From positions 26,082 through 90,081 of the forward strand of contig JAPONS010000069.1 of assembly GCA_026713825.1 (NCBI GenBank): DNA of 64,000 nt. Direction: 5' to 3'. The notes beneath the pieces are model-generated. The model was not told where the DNA came from. It worked only from the letters and a program-made list of their open reading frames with translations, and did no database searches. The position numbers and the translations under genes are program-made. This document shows, in pieces, positions 37,469-47,040 of this stretch. The stretch is from Chloroflexota bacterium (GTDB lineage Bacteria; Chloroflexota; Dehalococcoidia; Lucifugimonadales; UBA1127). Numbering within the stretch: position 1 is the stretch's first letter; every line of letters begins with the position of its first letter.

Positions 37469-38331
37469 GGCTGCTCCCCGCCGTCGACGGCCCGGACGAG
37501 GGCCGCGTTGAAGCCCAGGGTCCGCAGCTCCTTCAGTCCCTCGACGCCGTCGGCGTTGCTATTGACGCGAGCGAAGAGGCTGGGGCCGCTGCCGGAGAGG
37601 TGGGCGGGGTGGCCTGCCGCGTGTTCAAGCGCGTTGCGGAAGCGCCCCAACCCCTGAAACGTCTCGGAGGCGGCGCGCTCGAAGGCGTTGACCATGCTTG
37701 CCTCTTCCAGCGGAGCGGCGTCCCGCAGCGACTCGGCGAGGGCCTCCGTCGCCGAGCCGTCGGAGAAGTCGGCGGGCCGCAGACGGCGGTAGAGGGCAGG
37801 GGTCTTGCCGGCCATGCGGATGTTGGGCATCAGCAGCAGGAACCACTGGCCAGGGGGCGTGGGCAAGGGCTGCAGCAGCTCGCCGCGGCCACGGGCGAGG
37901 GCGGCGCCGCCGCGCAGGAAGAAGGGGACGTCGGAGCCGAGGAGGCCGGCGGCCTCGGCAAGCCGTTCCTCCGGCCAGTCCAACTCCCACAGCCGATCGA
38001 GCAGCGCCAGCGCGGACGCGGCGTCGCTGCTGCCGCCGCCGAGGCCCGCGGAGACGGGGATCGCCTTCACGAGACCGATCGTCGCGCCCTGCTCGGAACC
38101 GGACCCCTCGCGCAGGAGCTCAGCAGCCTGCCAGACGAGGTTGCGGCGGCCGGTCAGCGCGGGGTTCTTGCAGCGGATGGACAGGCCGGCGGCGGGGGAG
38201 GCGGTGATCTGGTCGTAGAGGCTGACGGTCTGAAAGACGGTGACCAGGTCGTGGTAGCCGTCGTCACGGCGGCCCACGACCTCTAGGCCGAGGTTGAGCT
38301 TGGCGTAGGCCCGCCGGCTCAAAGGCTCCAT
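37465..38331 (-). CDS. ispE: 4-(cytidine 5'-diphospho)-2-C-methyl-D-erythritol kinase
   Basis: AYAKLNLGLEVVGRRDDGYHDL and the GHMP kinase motif PVSAGLGGGSSDAA. Start chosen at Met 38331, after GGAGG. Confidence 0.9.
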   Translation of the reverse strand: MEPLSRRAYAKLNLGLEVVGRRDDGYHDLVTVFQTVSLYDQITASPAAGLSIRCKNPALTGRRNLVWQAAELLREGSGSEQGATIGLVKAIPVSAGLGGGSSDAASALALLDRLWELDWPEERLAEAAGLLGSDVPFFLRGGAALARGRGELLQPLPTPPGQWFLLLMPNIRMAGKTPALYRRLRPADFSDGSATEALAESLRDAAPLEEASMVNAFERAASETFQGLGRFRNALEHAAGHPAHLSGSGPSLFARVNSNADGVEGLKELRTLGFNAALVRAVDGGEQP

Positions 38332-39206
38332 CCGGCCTCCACTCCGGCGCGGCACAGAGCCGCCCACTCGGGCATCGACAGCGTTTCAGCTCGCCGCGTC
38401 GGGTCGACACCGCATGCTGTGAGCGCGCGCTCGACCTCCGCCGACGGCAGCCGCAGTGCGTGGGCGAGGCCGCCGCGGAGCTGCTTCCTCGGCGCGGCGA
38501 ACCCGGCGCGGACCAGCGCGAAGAAGGCGTCCTCCGACGGCACGGCGACGGGCGGTGACGGGTGGACGTCGATGCGGACGACGGCCGACGTGACCTTGGG
38601 CGGCGGGTGGAACGAGCCGGGGCGCACGAGGGTCACGATGCGCGGGCTGCCATAGAACTGCGTCGCGACGCCTAGCAGGCCGCGCTTGCCCTCCGGCGCG
38701 GCCATGCCCTGCGCGACCTCGCGCTGCACCGTCGCGACGACAACGCTCGGCTTGTGCGCGGCCTCCAGGAAGCGGCGGATGATGGCGGTGGCGGCGTAGT
38801 AGGGGAGGTTGGCGACCATCTTGTAGGGCTCGCCGGCGGGCACGAGGGCGTCGAGGGGGGCATCGAGGGCGTCGGCGTGGATGACCTGCACGTGGGGGTG
38901 GCCGGCGAAGTGCGCCTGGAGGGCCTCGCAGAGGGCGGCGTCGATCTCCAGGGCGATGACGCGGCCGGCGCGCCGGGCGAGCGCCTCCGTCAGCGCGCCG
39001 AGGTCGGGCCCGGCCTCGGCGACGGTGTCGCCCGGGGCGATGCCGGCGGCGCCGGCGATGCGCTCGAGGACGCTGGGCGAGACGAGGAAGTGCTGGCCGA
39101 GGCCCTTGCGGGGCTGCAGGCCCATGCCGCCGAGCAGTCGCCCGGCGGCGGTCTGCGATGCGGCGGCGGCGCGGGTCTCGGCGCGTGCCTGTGCGAGAAA
39201 GCTCAT
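38319..39206 (-). CDS. rsmA: 16S rRNA (adenine1518/1519-N6)-dimethyltransferase
   Basis: From internal Met MSFLAQ. Motifs KGLGQHFL, EAGPDLGALT and NLPYY. Confidence 0.9.
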   Translation of the reverse strand: MSFLAQARAETRAAAASQTAAGRLLGGMGLQPRKGLGQHFLVSPSVLERIAGAAGIAPGDTVAEAGPDLGALTEALARRAGRVIALEIDAALCEALQAHFAGHPHVQVIHADALDAPLDALVPAGEPYKMVANLPYYAATAIIRRFLEAAHKPSVVVATVQREVAQGMAAPEGKRGLLGVATQFYGSPRIVTLVRPGSFHPPPKVTSAVVRIDVHPSPPVAVPSEDAFFALVRAGFAAPRKQLRGGLAHALRLPSAEVERALTACGVDPTRRAETLSMPEWAALCRAGVEAGWSL

Positions 39207-39568
39207 GGCTGCTCCCACGGCCACATGGCGGCGGGCAAGGAATATCGGTGGAAGACCGTGCACCTCCCGTCGATCGTGGACCCCTCGGCGTACCAGCCTT
39301 CGCGGCTCAGGCCAGGTTGGCCCGCGGCGCCCGGCGTTTCCGCTTACCGTTGCTCCCTTCCGGGCCTGGCGGAGTTCACGGGCGTCCGTCGCGCGGGTCC
39401 CGGCCCTCAACGCCGCTCTGAACGGGCAGAGGCCGCAAGGCCAGACCTTGGGGAGGAATTCGACCCCGCTGTGGCGGATTGCGGGTACAAGGCACCGCCA
39501 GCTCCCCATCTAGCACGGCCAATTCAATCGTATGGCGGCAGGGTAGGGGTGTCAAATGGGGAGCGGCG

Positions 39569-41383
39569 CTAGCTGTCCGTACGGTAGACGTAGCGGTCGT
39601 CCCACAGCCCGTAGAGCGTGGGCGTGACGTTGCCGAAGACGTTTCGCACCGCACTCAGCCGCTCCGAGAGCGCGGTGTAAATGACCGGGACCTGCTCCGC
39701 CGCGATCTCCTGCGCCCGGTGGTACAGCCGCACCCGCTCGTCGTGGTCGAGTTCCTGGCTGGCCGAGGTGTACAGGTCATCGATCTCCGCCTCCCACGAT
39801 GTCGCGGGTTCGGGCTGGTTGGGGTACCAGAGGTGGAAGTCGGCGTCGCTGTGCCAAAAGGTGATGCCGCCGTACGGGTCCGAGCCGCCGGTGAAGCCGA
39901 TGACGACCGCCTCCCAGTCATAGGTCGCCGTCAGCTGCCCGACCAGTTCACCGAAGTCGATAAGCTGCAGGTCGACGCCAAGACCGATGGCCTGCATTCC
40001 CTGCTGGATAATGCTTGAAGCGTGCTCACGAACGGTGTTGCCCTCGTTGGTCACCATCGTGAAGGAGATTGGCACCCCCGCGCCGTCCTCGCGGACGCCG
40101 TCTCCGTCCGAGTCGACCCAGCCGAGGCCGTCGAGCAGGTCGTTCGCCGCGTCGAGGTCGTACGCGTACCGCCGAGTCTCGGGGTTGTGGAAGTCCCCCG
40201 TCGCGGGGCTGATGGACGACCACTGCGGGTAGCCGAGGCCGCCGAGGGCTTCCTCAATGATGGCGTCCTTGTCCACGCTGTGCGCGACGGCCTGCCGGAA
40301 CTCCTGATTCTCAAACCAAGCCCGCGCCTCGGAACGCACGTAGGCCTCGCCGTCCGGATTCATGCCCGGATGCACGTTGAACGTGAGGAACGTGGTGCCG
40401 AAGCCGGGGCCGCGCGCGTAGACGGTGAAGTTGCCGTCCTCCTGGAGGGGCTCGATCGTGGGATACTCCTCGCCCAGCACCCCGTGTGCATCCGCAATGC
40501 CCTCCTGGAAGAGCGCCAGTTCCTGCTCAAGCTCCTCGACGATGAGGTAGACGATCTCGTCCAGGTAGGGGAGGCTGTTGCCGTCCCTGTCCTGCATCCA
40601 GTAGGCCGGGTTTCGGTTGAGCGTAAGCCGTTCCTTGGGTGTGTAGCTGGCGATGGTGAAGGGACCGGTGCCGATTACTTCCGACGGGTCCGTGTCGATG
40701 TCCCAGACCTCCTCGAACGTGCCTGCATCGACGTGCGGGCCGAGCACGTGCTCCGGGTAGATAGCGTAGCCCATCGAGCGGAGGTACGGCGCAAATGGGA
40801 CGGGCAGCACGAACCGCACGGTGTAGTCGTCCAGCGCGGCGACGGTCATCCGCCCCTCCGTCCACTCGCCCGTCGCATCGTCGATGTAGTTGAAGGTGAA
40901 GGCCTCGCGGGCCGTCGTGGGGATGTCGTCGTTGTAGATGATGCGGTTGAAGGTGAAATCCACATCGCGGGCCGTGAACGGCTCGCCGTCGTGCCAGGTC
41001 ACATCCCGGCGCAGATGGAACGTCCATTCCAGGCCGTCATCGGAGCGCTCCCACGACTCGGCGAGGGCCGGTTCGATGGCGTCGTTCAGCCAGGAGGTCT
41101 CGGTCAGGCCCTCGAACACGTAGCCGAGGTAGCCTGACGAGCCCGCGTCGTTCGCGAGCACGAGGTTGAAGGTCAGCGGCTCCGAGATTGTGGCGTAGGT
41201 GATCGTACCGCCATACGTGCCGATGTCGTACTCGAACCGGTCGGCATTGCGGCGCAACCGCTCGACGATCTCCTCCTGCGTCTCGGTCCCGGGCGCGGGG
41301 GTCTCGCTCTCGCAACCACCGAACAACAACACGCCGCACAATGCAGCCACAAGTAGGAATCTGCTCGCTACGCCTCTCCTCAC
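39569..41383 (-). CDS. ABC transporter substrate-binding lipoprotein, family 5 (peptide/nickel type)
   Basis: Lipobox LLFGGC after GTG 41383, and a family-5 SBP pattern throughout. The longer ORF to 41713 overlaps the relE-like gene. Confidence 0.85.
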   Translation of the reverse strand: MRRGVASRFLLVAALCGVLLFGGCESETPAPGTETQEEIVERLRRNADRFEYDIGTYGGTITYATISEPLTFNLVLANDAGSSGYLGYVFEGLTETSWLNDAIEPALAESWERSDDGLEWTFHLRRDVTWHDGEPFTARDVDFTFNRIIYNDDIPTTAREAFTFNYIDDATGEWTEGRMTVAALDDYTVRFVLPVPFAPYLRSMGYAIYPEHVLGPHVDAGTFEEVWDIDTDPSEVIGTGPFTIASYTPKERLTLNRNPAYWMQDRDGNSLPYLDEIVYLIVEELEQELALFQEGIADAHGVLGEEYPTIEPLQEDGNFTVYARGPGFGTTFLTFNVHPGMNPDGEAYVRSEARAWFENQEFRQAVAHSVDKDAIIEEALGGLGYPQWSSISPATGDFHNPETRRYAYDLDAANDLLDGLGWVDSDGDGVREDGAGVPISFTMVTNEGNTVREHASSIIQQGMQAIGLGVDLQLIDFGELVGQLTATYDWEAVVIGFTGGSDPYGGITFWHSDADFHLWYPNQPEPATSWEAEIDDLYTSASQELDHDERVRLYHRAQEIAAEQVPVIYTALSERLSAVRNVFGNVTPTLYGLWDDRYVYRTDS

Positions 41384-41558
41384 TCCGCCGTCCCCCTTCA
41401 CGCGTTCAATTCGACCCGCAACAGTCAGTGTACCAGTAGTCACGCACTGGATTTCAATATAGAGAGACCAGCCCGGGCGAATTGAGACTGACCGGGGCGC
41501 GTTGGGTGAGGTTCCCATTGTTGCGGGAACGACGGGACGGGGTGGGCGGGGGAGTGGC

Positions 41559-41813
41559 TTAGCGGTAAGCCTCCCGGCGGTGGGCGACCCGGATGACGAG
41601 GACAACAAGCACTTCATCCTGGACCTCGTAGATGACGCGGTAGCCGCCGACGCGAATGCGGCGAAGACCCCGCAGGTCGCCTTTGAGCCGTCTGCCCGCG
41701 TATGGGCGCTCACTGAGGCCGTCGATTGCGTCAGCTATTCGAGTCCGCGCAACTTTGGGGAGCGCTGCCAGTTCCCTGGCCGCGCTTCCCTTAATCTGTA
41801 CCGAAAAGCCCAC
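41559..41813 (-). CDS. RelE/ParE-family toxin
   Basis: 84 aa. LKGDLRGLRRIRVGGYRVIYEVQDEVLVVLVIRVAHRREAY is the classic RelE/ParE C-terminal pattern. Confidence 0.75.
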   Translation of the reverse strand: MGFSVQIKGSAARELAALPKVARTRIADAIDGLSERPYAGRRLKGDLRGLRRIRVGGYRVIYEVQDEVLVVLVIRVAHRREAYR

Positions 41814-42012
41814 GCTTTACCTCATCCCAGTCCAATACAGGGTCTGCAGGGTCGCTGAGGCGTTCCAGTGCGACAGCAAGGTCGTCAAAGTCTTCCAAGT
41901 AGCGTTCAAGCGCCTGGCGGACCACCTCTGCACGGCTCCGTCGAAGCTGCGCGGCGGCCGCGTCCAGAGCCTGTGCCAGTTCCTCGGGCACGCGGGCTGT
42001 GATCTGCGTCAT
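41791..42012 (-). CDS. ribbon-helix-helix (CopG-like) antitoxin
   Basis: From the internal Met: MTQITARVPEELAQALDAAAAQLRRSRAEVVRQALERYL. Overlaps the toxin start. Confidence 0.65.
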   Translation of the reverse strand: MTQITARVPEELAQALDAAAAQLRRSRAEVVRQALERYLEDFDDLAVALERLSDPADPVLDWDEVKRGLFGTD

Positions 42013-42185
42013 AACGTCGCCTCCAAGGGTGTAGTCATGTGCATCAATAAACATTAACTAACATCAACTTGCATTAGCATGATGCGCGAAAGGCTGACCG
42101 TCAACCCTCGGTTGCCGCGAATGTGGGCGTGGTACAATCCCTGCGGCCCTCAACGTGCGATGCGCTGCAATCGAGAGGACGTGCC

Positions 42186-43058
42186 ATGGACGTGCGCAAG
42201 GCGGTGATTCCGGCGGCGGGGCTTGGGACCCGGCAGCTGCCGACGTCCAAGGCCGTGCCCAAGGAGCTGCTGCCCCTCATCGACCGGCCGATGCTCCACT
42301 ACATCGTGGAGGAGGCGCTGGACGCCGGGCTGTCGCAGATGGTCATCGTGACGTCACAGGGCAAGGACGCGATGGCCAACTACTTCGACCCGGCGCCGCA
42401 GCTAGAGGAGCTGCTGGGGCGCAGGGGGGAGACGTCTCTGGCGGCGGCCATGCGGCGGGTGCGGGAGGAGGCCGAGTTCATCTTTGTGCGGCAGCACCAG
42501 CAGCTCGGGCTGGGGCACGCCGTCTACACGGCGCGCAACGCCGTCGGCGACGAACCCTTCGCCGTCATGCTGCCGGACGACGTCATCGGCGGCGGCGAGG
42601 CCCCCGCCATCGGCGAGCTGCTCGACACGGCGACGACGCACGACGCGTCGGTCATCGCCGTCGAGCAGGTGCCGCCGGAGCGGATCAGCAGCTACGGCGT
42701 CGTCGCGCCCGGCGAGGCCGACGGCGACGCCATCCGGGTGCTCGGCATGGTGGAGAAGCCGCCGGCCGCAGAGGCGCCCTCGGACCTGGGCATCGTCGGG
42801 CGGTACGTGCTTACGCCGGAGGTGTTCGGCGCGATGGAGCGGGTCACCCCCGGCGCGGGCGGCGAACTGCAGCTTACCGACGGCATCGCGCTGCTGCTGG
42901 AGGAGCAGCCGGTGTACGCGCGGCGGTTCACCGGCACGCGCTACGACGCGGGCAACCCGATGGGAATGCTGCGGGCGTCGGTGTCGCTGGCGCTGCGGCG
43001 GCCCGACCTCGGCCCCGCCTTCCGGGCGTGGCTGGAAAACGAACTGAACAACACCTAG
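42186..43058 (+). CDS. galU: UTP--glucose-1-phosphate uridylyltransferase
   Basis: KAVIPAAGLGTRQLPTSKAVPKELLPL and VEKP motifs. Confidence 0.9.
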   Translation: MDVRKAVIPAAGLGTRQLPTSKAVPKELLPLIDRPMLHYIVEEALDAGLSQMVIVTSQGKDAMANYFDPAPQLEELLGRRGETSLAAAMRRVREEAEFIFVRQHQQLGLGHAVYTARNAVGDEPFAVMLPDDVIGGGEAPAIGELLDTATTHDASVIAVEQVPPERISSYGVVAPGEADGDAIRVLGMVEKPPAAEAPSDLGIVGRYVLTPEVFGAMERVTPGAGGELQLTDGIALLLEEQPVYARRFTGTRYDAGNPMGMLRASVSLALRRPDLGPAFRAWLENELNNT

Positions 43059-43067
43059 GGGGACGGC

Positions 43068-43970
43068 ATGGACGTGGGATTCATCGGCCTTGGAGCGATG
43101 GGGCGGCACATGGCGCGGCACCTGCAGACGGCAGGCCACACCATGATCGTGCACGACATCCGGCGCGAGGCGGCGACGCCCTACCTGGAAGCCGGCGCGA
43201 ACTGGGGCGAAACACCAAGAGAGGTGGCGCAGGCGGCAGAGGTGGTGTTCACGTCGCTGCCGGGGCCGGCGGACGTCGAGTCCGTGGCCGTGGGAACGGA
43301 CGGCATCATCGCGGGGTCGTCGAGCGGGCAGGTGTACGTCGACCTCTCCACCAACTCGCCCGTCCTGACGCGGCGGCTGCACGCCGAGTTCGCCGAGAAG
43401 GGCGTCCGGATGCTGGACTGCCCGGTGAGCGGCGGCACGGTGGGCGCGGAGGCGGCGACGCTCGCGCTCCTCGTCGGCGGCGACAAGGACCTGTACGAGG
43501 AGCTGCTGCCGGTGCTGCAGTGCATCGGCGACAAGCCCTTCTACTGCGGGCCCGCCGGCGCGGGGCAGGTGTGCAAGCTCGTCAACAACTACATCTCGCT
43601 CTCGGTGCAACCGCTGCTGGCCGAGGCCTTTTCCATCGGCGTGAAGGCGGGCGTGGACGCGGGCACGCTGTACGAGGCCATCGTCCGGAGCACGGGCAAC
43701 ACGCAGACGATGCAGCGCCGCTACCCGACCGGGCTCCTCAAGGGCAATTTTGCGCCCGGGTTCACGGTGAACCTGGGCCGCAAGGACCTGACGCTGGGGC
43801 TGCAGCTCGCCGAGGATTTTGGGGTTCCGGTGCAGTTTGGGCCGATAGCGCTCGGCGAGTACGCGGCGTCGGCGGAGCGCGACCGCGGGCTGCTGGACAC
43901 CGGCTCCGTCGCGCTGATGCAGGAGGAGCGCGCGGGCGTCGAGATCCGCGCGGACATCAAGCCGCGGTAG
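43068..43970 (+). CDS. NAD(P)-dependent oxidoreductase, 3-hydroxyisobutyrate dehydrogenase family, paralog 1
   Basis: MDVGFIGLGAMGRHMA Rossmann motif, DCPVSGG and KLVNN. Confidence 0.85.
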   Translation: MDVGFIGLGAMGRHMARHLQTAGHTMIVHDIRREAATPYLEAGANWGETPREVAQAAEVVFTSLPGPADVESVAVGTDGIIAGSSSGQVYVDLSTNSPVLTRRLHAEFAEKGVRMLDCPVSGGTVGAEAATLALLVGGDKDLYEELLPVLQCIGDKPFYCGPAGAGQVCKLVNNYISLSVQPLLAEAFSIGVKAGVDAGTLYEAIVRSTGNTQTMQRRYPTGLLKGNFAPGFTVNLGRKDLTLGLQLAEDFGVPVQFGPIALGEYAASAERDRGLLDTGSVALMQEERAGVEIRADIKPR

Positions 43971-43998
43971 CCCCCGAGAAAACCATAGGGAGAACAAC

Positions 43999-44901
43999 GT
44001 GGACGTAGGATTCATCGGCCTTGGCGCGATGGGACGGCACATGACCCGGCACCTGCAGGCGGCGGGGCACAATATGACCGTGCACGACATTCGCCGGGAG
44101 GCGGCCACGCCCTTCCTGGAGGCCGGGGCGAACTGGGGCGACACGCCGCAGCAGGTGGCGCAGGCGTCGGAGGTGGTGTTCACCTCGCTGCCGGGGCCGG
44201 TGGAGGTCGAGGCGGTGGCGCTGGGGCCGGAGGGCATCGCGGCCGGGGCGTCGAACGGGCAGGTGTACGTCGACCTCTCGACGAACTCGCCCGTCCTGAC
44301 GCGGCGGCTTCACGCCGATCTGGCGGCCAAGGGCATCCGCATGCTCGACTGCCCGGTCAGCGGCGGCACCATCGGCGCCGAGGAAGCCACGCTCGCGCTG
44401 CTGGTCGGCGGCGACAATGCGCTGTACAAGGATCTGCTGCCGGTGCTGCGGTGCATCGGCGACAAGCCCTTCTACTGCGGGCCCGCGGGCGCCGGGCAGG
44501 TGTGCAAGCTGGTCAACAACTACATCACGCTCTCGCTGCAGCCGCTGCTGGCCGAGGCCTTCTCCATCGGCGTGAAGGCCGGCGTGGACGCGGGCACGCT
44601 TTTCGAGGCCGTGAGCCGCAGCACGGGCAACACCCGGTCCATGCAGTGGAGGTATCCACCCGCCCTGCTCAAGGGCAACTTCGCACCCACGTTCACGGTT
44701 GACCTTGTCCGCAAGGACCTGGGTCTGGCGATCGAGCTGGCGGAGCAGTTCGGCGTGCCGCTGCAGCTCGGCCCGCTGGCGTACAAGGAGTACGACGACA
44801 TGTCGAAGAGCGGCCGCGGGAATCTCGACACGAGCTCCGTTGCGCTGCTGCAGGAGGAGCGCGCCGGCGTCGAGATCCGCGCCGACGTGGAGCCCCACTA
44901 A
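43999..44901 (+). CDS. NAD(P)-dependent oxidoreductase, 3-hydroxyisobutyrate dehydrogenase family, paralog 2
   Basis: Same length (300 aa) as paralog 1 and collinear with it, with no indels. Most positions are identical by eye. Confidence 0.85.
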   Translation: MDVGFIGLGAMGRHMTRHLQAAGHNMTVHDIRREAATPFLEAGANWGDTPQQVAQASEVVFTSLPGPVEVEAVALGPEGIAAGASNGQVYVDLSTNSPVLTRRLHADLAAKGIRMLDCPVSGGTIGAEEATLALLVGGDNALYKDLLPVLRCIGDKPFYCGPAGAGQVCKLVNNYITLSLQPLLAEAFSIGVKAGVDAGTLFEAVSRSTGNTRSMQWRYPPALLKGNFAPTFTVDLVRKDLGLAIELAEQFGVPLQLGPLAYKEYDDMSKSGRGNLDTSSVALLQEERAGVEIRADVEPH

Positions 44902-44930
44902 CACGAACGACACCCCGGAGGAGGACCGCA

Positions 44931-46007
44931 ATGGCCGATTTTGTGAGCACGGAAGAGATCATCCAACTCGCGCGGCGGCGCGTGCACCAGGGCGTCTGGG
45001 ACTACCTCGTCGGCGGGTCCGAGTCCGAGACGACGCTGCGGCGCAACCGGCTGGCCTTCGACCGGCTTGCCTTCCGGCCGCGAGTGCTGCGCGACGTGTC
45101 GAGCATCGACACCTCGACGACGTTCCTGGGGCACAAGCTGCGCATTCCCGTGGTGCTGGCGCCCGTCGGGTCGCTGCAGGTCTTCGACCCGGAGGGCGGC
45201 GTGGCGGCGACGCGGGCCGCGGCGGAGTACGGCATCATGCACGTGCTGAGCTCAGTCACGGCGCCCACGCTGGAGGAGACGGCCAACTGCGTCGACTACC
45301 CCAAGATGTTCCAGCTCTACGTTCACGGCGACTGGGCATGGATCGAGGACATCATCGGGCGCGTGGTGGAGGCCGACTACAAGGCGCTCTGCGTCACGGT
45401 GGACGTGCAGCACTACAGCCGCCGCGAGCGCGTGATGGTCGAGCGGTGGGTGCAGCCGACGCGGCGCGCGCCGCGCGACCCGTACTACGGCGCGGCGCTG
45501 ACGTGGGACCTGATGGACCGCATCCGCGACCTGGCGGGGCTGCCCTTCATGATCAAGGGCATCGCGACGGTGGAGGACGCACTGATCGCCGTCGACCACG
45601 GCGTGGACGTCATCTGGGTGTCGAACCACGGCGGCCGGCAGCTCGACCACGGGCTCGGCTCCATGGAGGTGCTGCAGGAGATCGTCGAGGCCGTGGACGG
45701 CCGCGCCGAGGTCATCGTCGACGGCGGCGTTCTGCGGGGCAGCGACGTGCTGAAGGCGGTTGCGCTGGGCGCGAAGGCCGTCGCCATCGGCAAGCTGCAG
45801 GCGTGGGGGCTCTCGGCGGCGGGCAGCGACGGCGTGGTGAACATGCTGCAGATCCTCGAGGACGAGATGCGAAGCGCGATGGGTCTGCTGGGCGTCACGT
45901 CGATGGACGAGCTCGGGCCGGAGTTCGTCACCAAGACGGACGCCGTCGTCACCTCGCCTCACGAGATGAGCGCGTGGGTGAACATGCCGTCTGATCGGAT
46001 AGGGTAG
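44931..46007 (+). CDS. FMN-dependent alpha-hydroxy acid oxidase/dehydrogenase (LldD/glycolate oxidase family)
   Basis: Motifs FMIKGI, VSNHGGRQLD, DGGVLRGSDVLKA and GA.AV.IG. Confidence 0.85.
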   Translation: MADFVSTEEIIQLARRRVHQGVWDYLVGGSESETTLRRNRLAFDRLAFRPRVLRDVSSIDTSTTFLGHKLRIPVVLAPVGSLQVFDPEGGVAATRAAAEYGIMHVLSSVTAPTLEETANCVDYPKMFQLYVHGDWAWIEDIIGRVVEADYKALCVTVDVQHYSRRERVMVERWVQPTRRAPRDPYYGAALTWDLMDRIRDLAGLPFMIKGIATVEDALIAVDHGVDVIWVSNHGGRQLDHGLGSMEVLQEIVEAVDGRAEVIVDGGVLRGSDVLKAVALGAKAVAIGKLQAWGLSAAGSDGVVNMLQILEDEMRSAMGLLGVTSMDELGPEFVTKTDAVVTSPHEMSAWVNMPSDRIG

Positions 46008-46033
46008 AGCCCACCGGGCGACGTGTCGTTCTA

Positions 46034-46627
46034 GTGGGCGCGGAAGACGTCACCATCACGGAGGGTCTCGCGGCCGAGCACGTCGAGGACGCGCTGCGGA
46101 TACTGTTCGGGGCCTTCGCGAAGAAGCTGCACATCGGGTTCCGCGACGCCGACGACTTCGTCCGGCTGTTCCGCGACGGCGTCAACCCGGCGGCCTGCCT
46201 CTCGGCCACCGCGTCCGGCGAGTTGCTCGGCATCCTGGGGCTCCAATCGCCCGGCGGGGAGCTCTACGATTTCCGGCCCAAGTCCCTGTTCCTGCGCTTC
46301 TCGCCGTGGCGAGCCGTCCTCATCCTCGCCAACATGCTCGTCCTGTACTCGCCGCCGCGGAAGGACGCGCTGGTCGTTGACCAGCTTGCCGTTGCGCCGT
46401 CAGCACGCGGCAGGGGCATCGGCACGCTGCTGCTGGAGGCGGCGGAGACGAGGGGGCGCGCGATGGGGATGCCAAAGATGGCCCTCAGCGTAATCTCGGA
46501 GAACGAGGGCGCCATCCGCCTGTACGAGCGCATGGGGTACGTGCGGACGCAGGCAATCGGAGGCACGCTGGTGCGCATGGTGGCCAGGTCGGCGGAGGTG
46601 TGGCACATGGAGAAGGAGCTGGGGTGA
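46034..46627 (+). CDS. GNAT family N-acetyltransferase
   Basis: QLAVAPSARGRGIGTLLL acetyl-CoA motif and C-terminal NEGAIRLYERMGY. Confidence 0.8.
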   Translation: MGAEDVTITEGLAAEHVEDALRILFGAFAKKLHIGFRDADDFVRLFRDGVNPAACLSATASGELLGILGLQSPGGELYDFRPKSLFLRFSPWRAVLILANMLVLYSPPRKDALVVDQLAVAPSARGRGIGTLLLEAAETRGRAMGMPKMALSVISENEGAIRLYERMGYVRTQAIGGTLVRMVARSAEVWHMEKELG

Positions 46628-46654
46628 TGCCAACCCTGACCGTCATCCGCCGTG
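46627..46654 (+). repeat. distal copy of the comF 5' end (ATG plus 8 codons), left boundary of cassette
   Basis: ATGCCAACCCTGACCGTCATCCGCCGTG here versus ATGCCAACCCTGACCGCCATCCGCCGCG at 47591-47618 (26 of 28 identical). Its ATG overlaps the GNAT TGA stop. Confidence 0.9.
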
Positions 46655-46765
46655 AAGGTGCTGTGCGCTTGATTGGCCGATGAATTACAGTTCGACGGTA
46701 TGATATACTTGCCGTAAACAAGCTGTGAATTGGCCCTTGATGGCTCACCCAACCGGAGGGAATTT

Positions 46766-47011
46766 GTGAGTGAGGCGCTCCAAGAGGAATTCCAGAACTA
46801 CCTCGCCTACCAGGCTGATTTCGTGGCTAAGTACGACGGACGCTTCATCGCGCTGAAAGATGGCGTGGTGCTTGGCGACTACGATAGCGCGGGCGAGGCG
46901 ATGCTTGACCTACGTGACACCCACCCAATTGGCACATACCTCATCCAGAGAGTGTCCCCGGGCGACAAGGACACGAAAGTTTCAATCTATTCTCCTGTGG
47001 TGGCCCCATAG
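46766..47011 (+). CDS. small hypothetical protein (DUF5678-like pattern, tentative)
   Basis: YDGRFIALKDGVVLGDYDSAGEAM resembles short proteins of the G-x-(W/F)-(V/I)-A-x-x-D-G-x-V type. GTG 46766 after GGAGGG; the ORF track start is 46730. Confidence 0.4.
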   Translation: MSEALQEEFQNYLAYQADFVAKYDGRFIALKDGVVLGDYDSAGEAMLDLRDTHPIGTYLIQRVSPGDKDTKVSIYSPVVAP

Positions 47012-47040
47012 CAACGCGACAGGGTCCCCTCAGCTTCACC

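Noticed and set aside
41384-41713. N-terminal 110 codons of ORF 39569..41713
   Set aside because: The lipoprotein signal peptide begins at GTG 41383. The extension is low-complexity and overlaps the relE-like gene.
42155-44237. 617-aa (+) and 611-aa (-) ORFs spanning galU and the dehydrogenase paralogs
   Set aside because: They run across three well-supported genes in other frames and have low-complexity composition.
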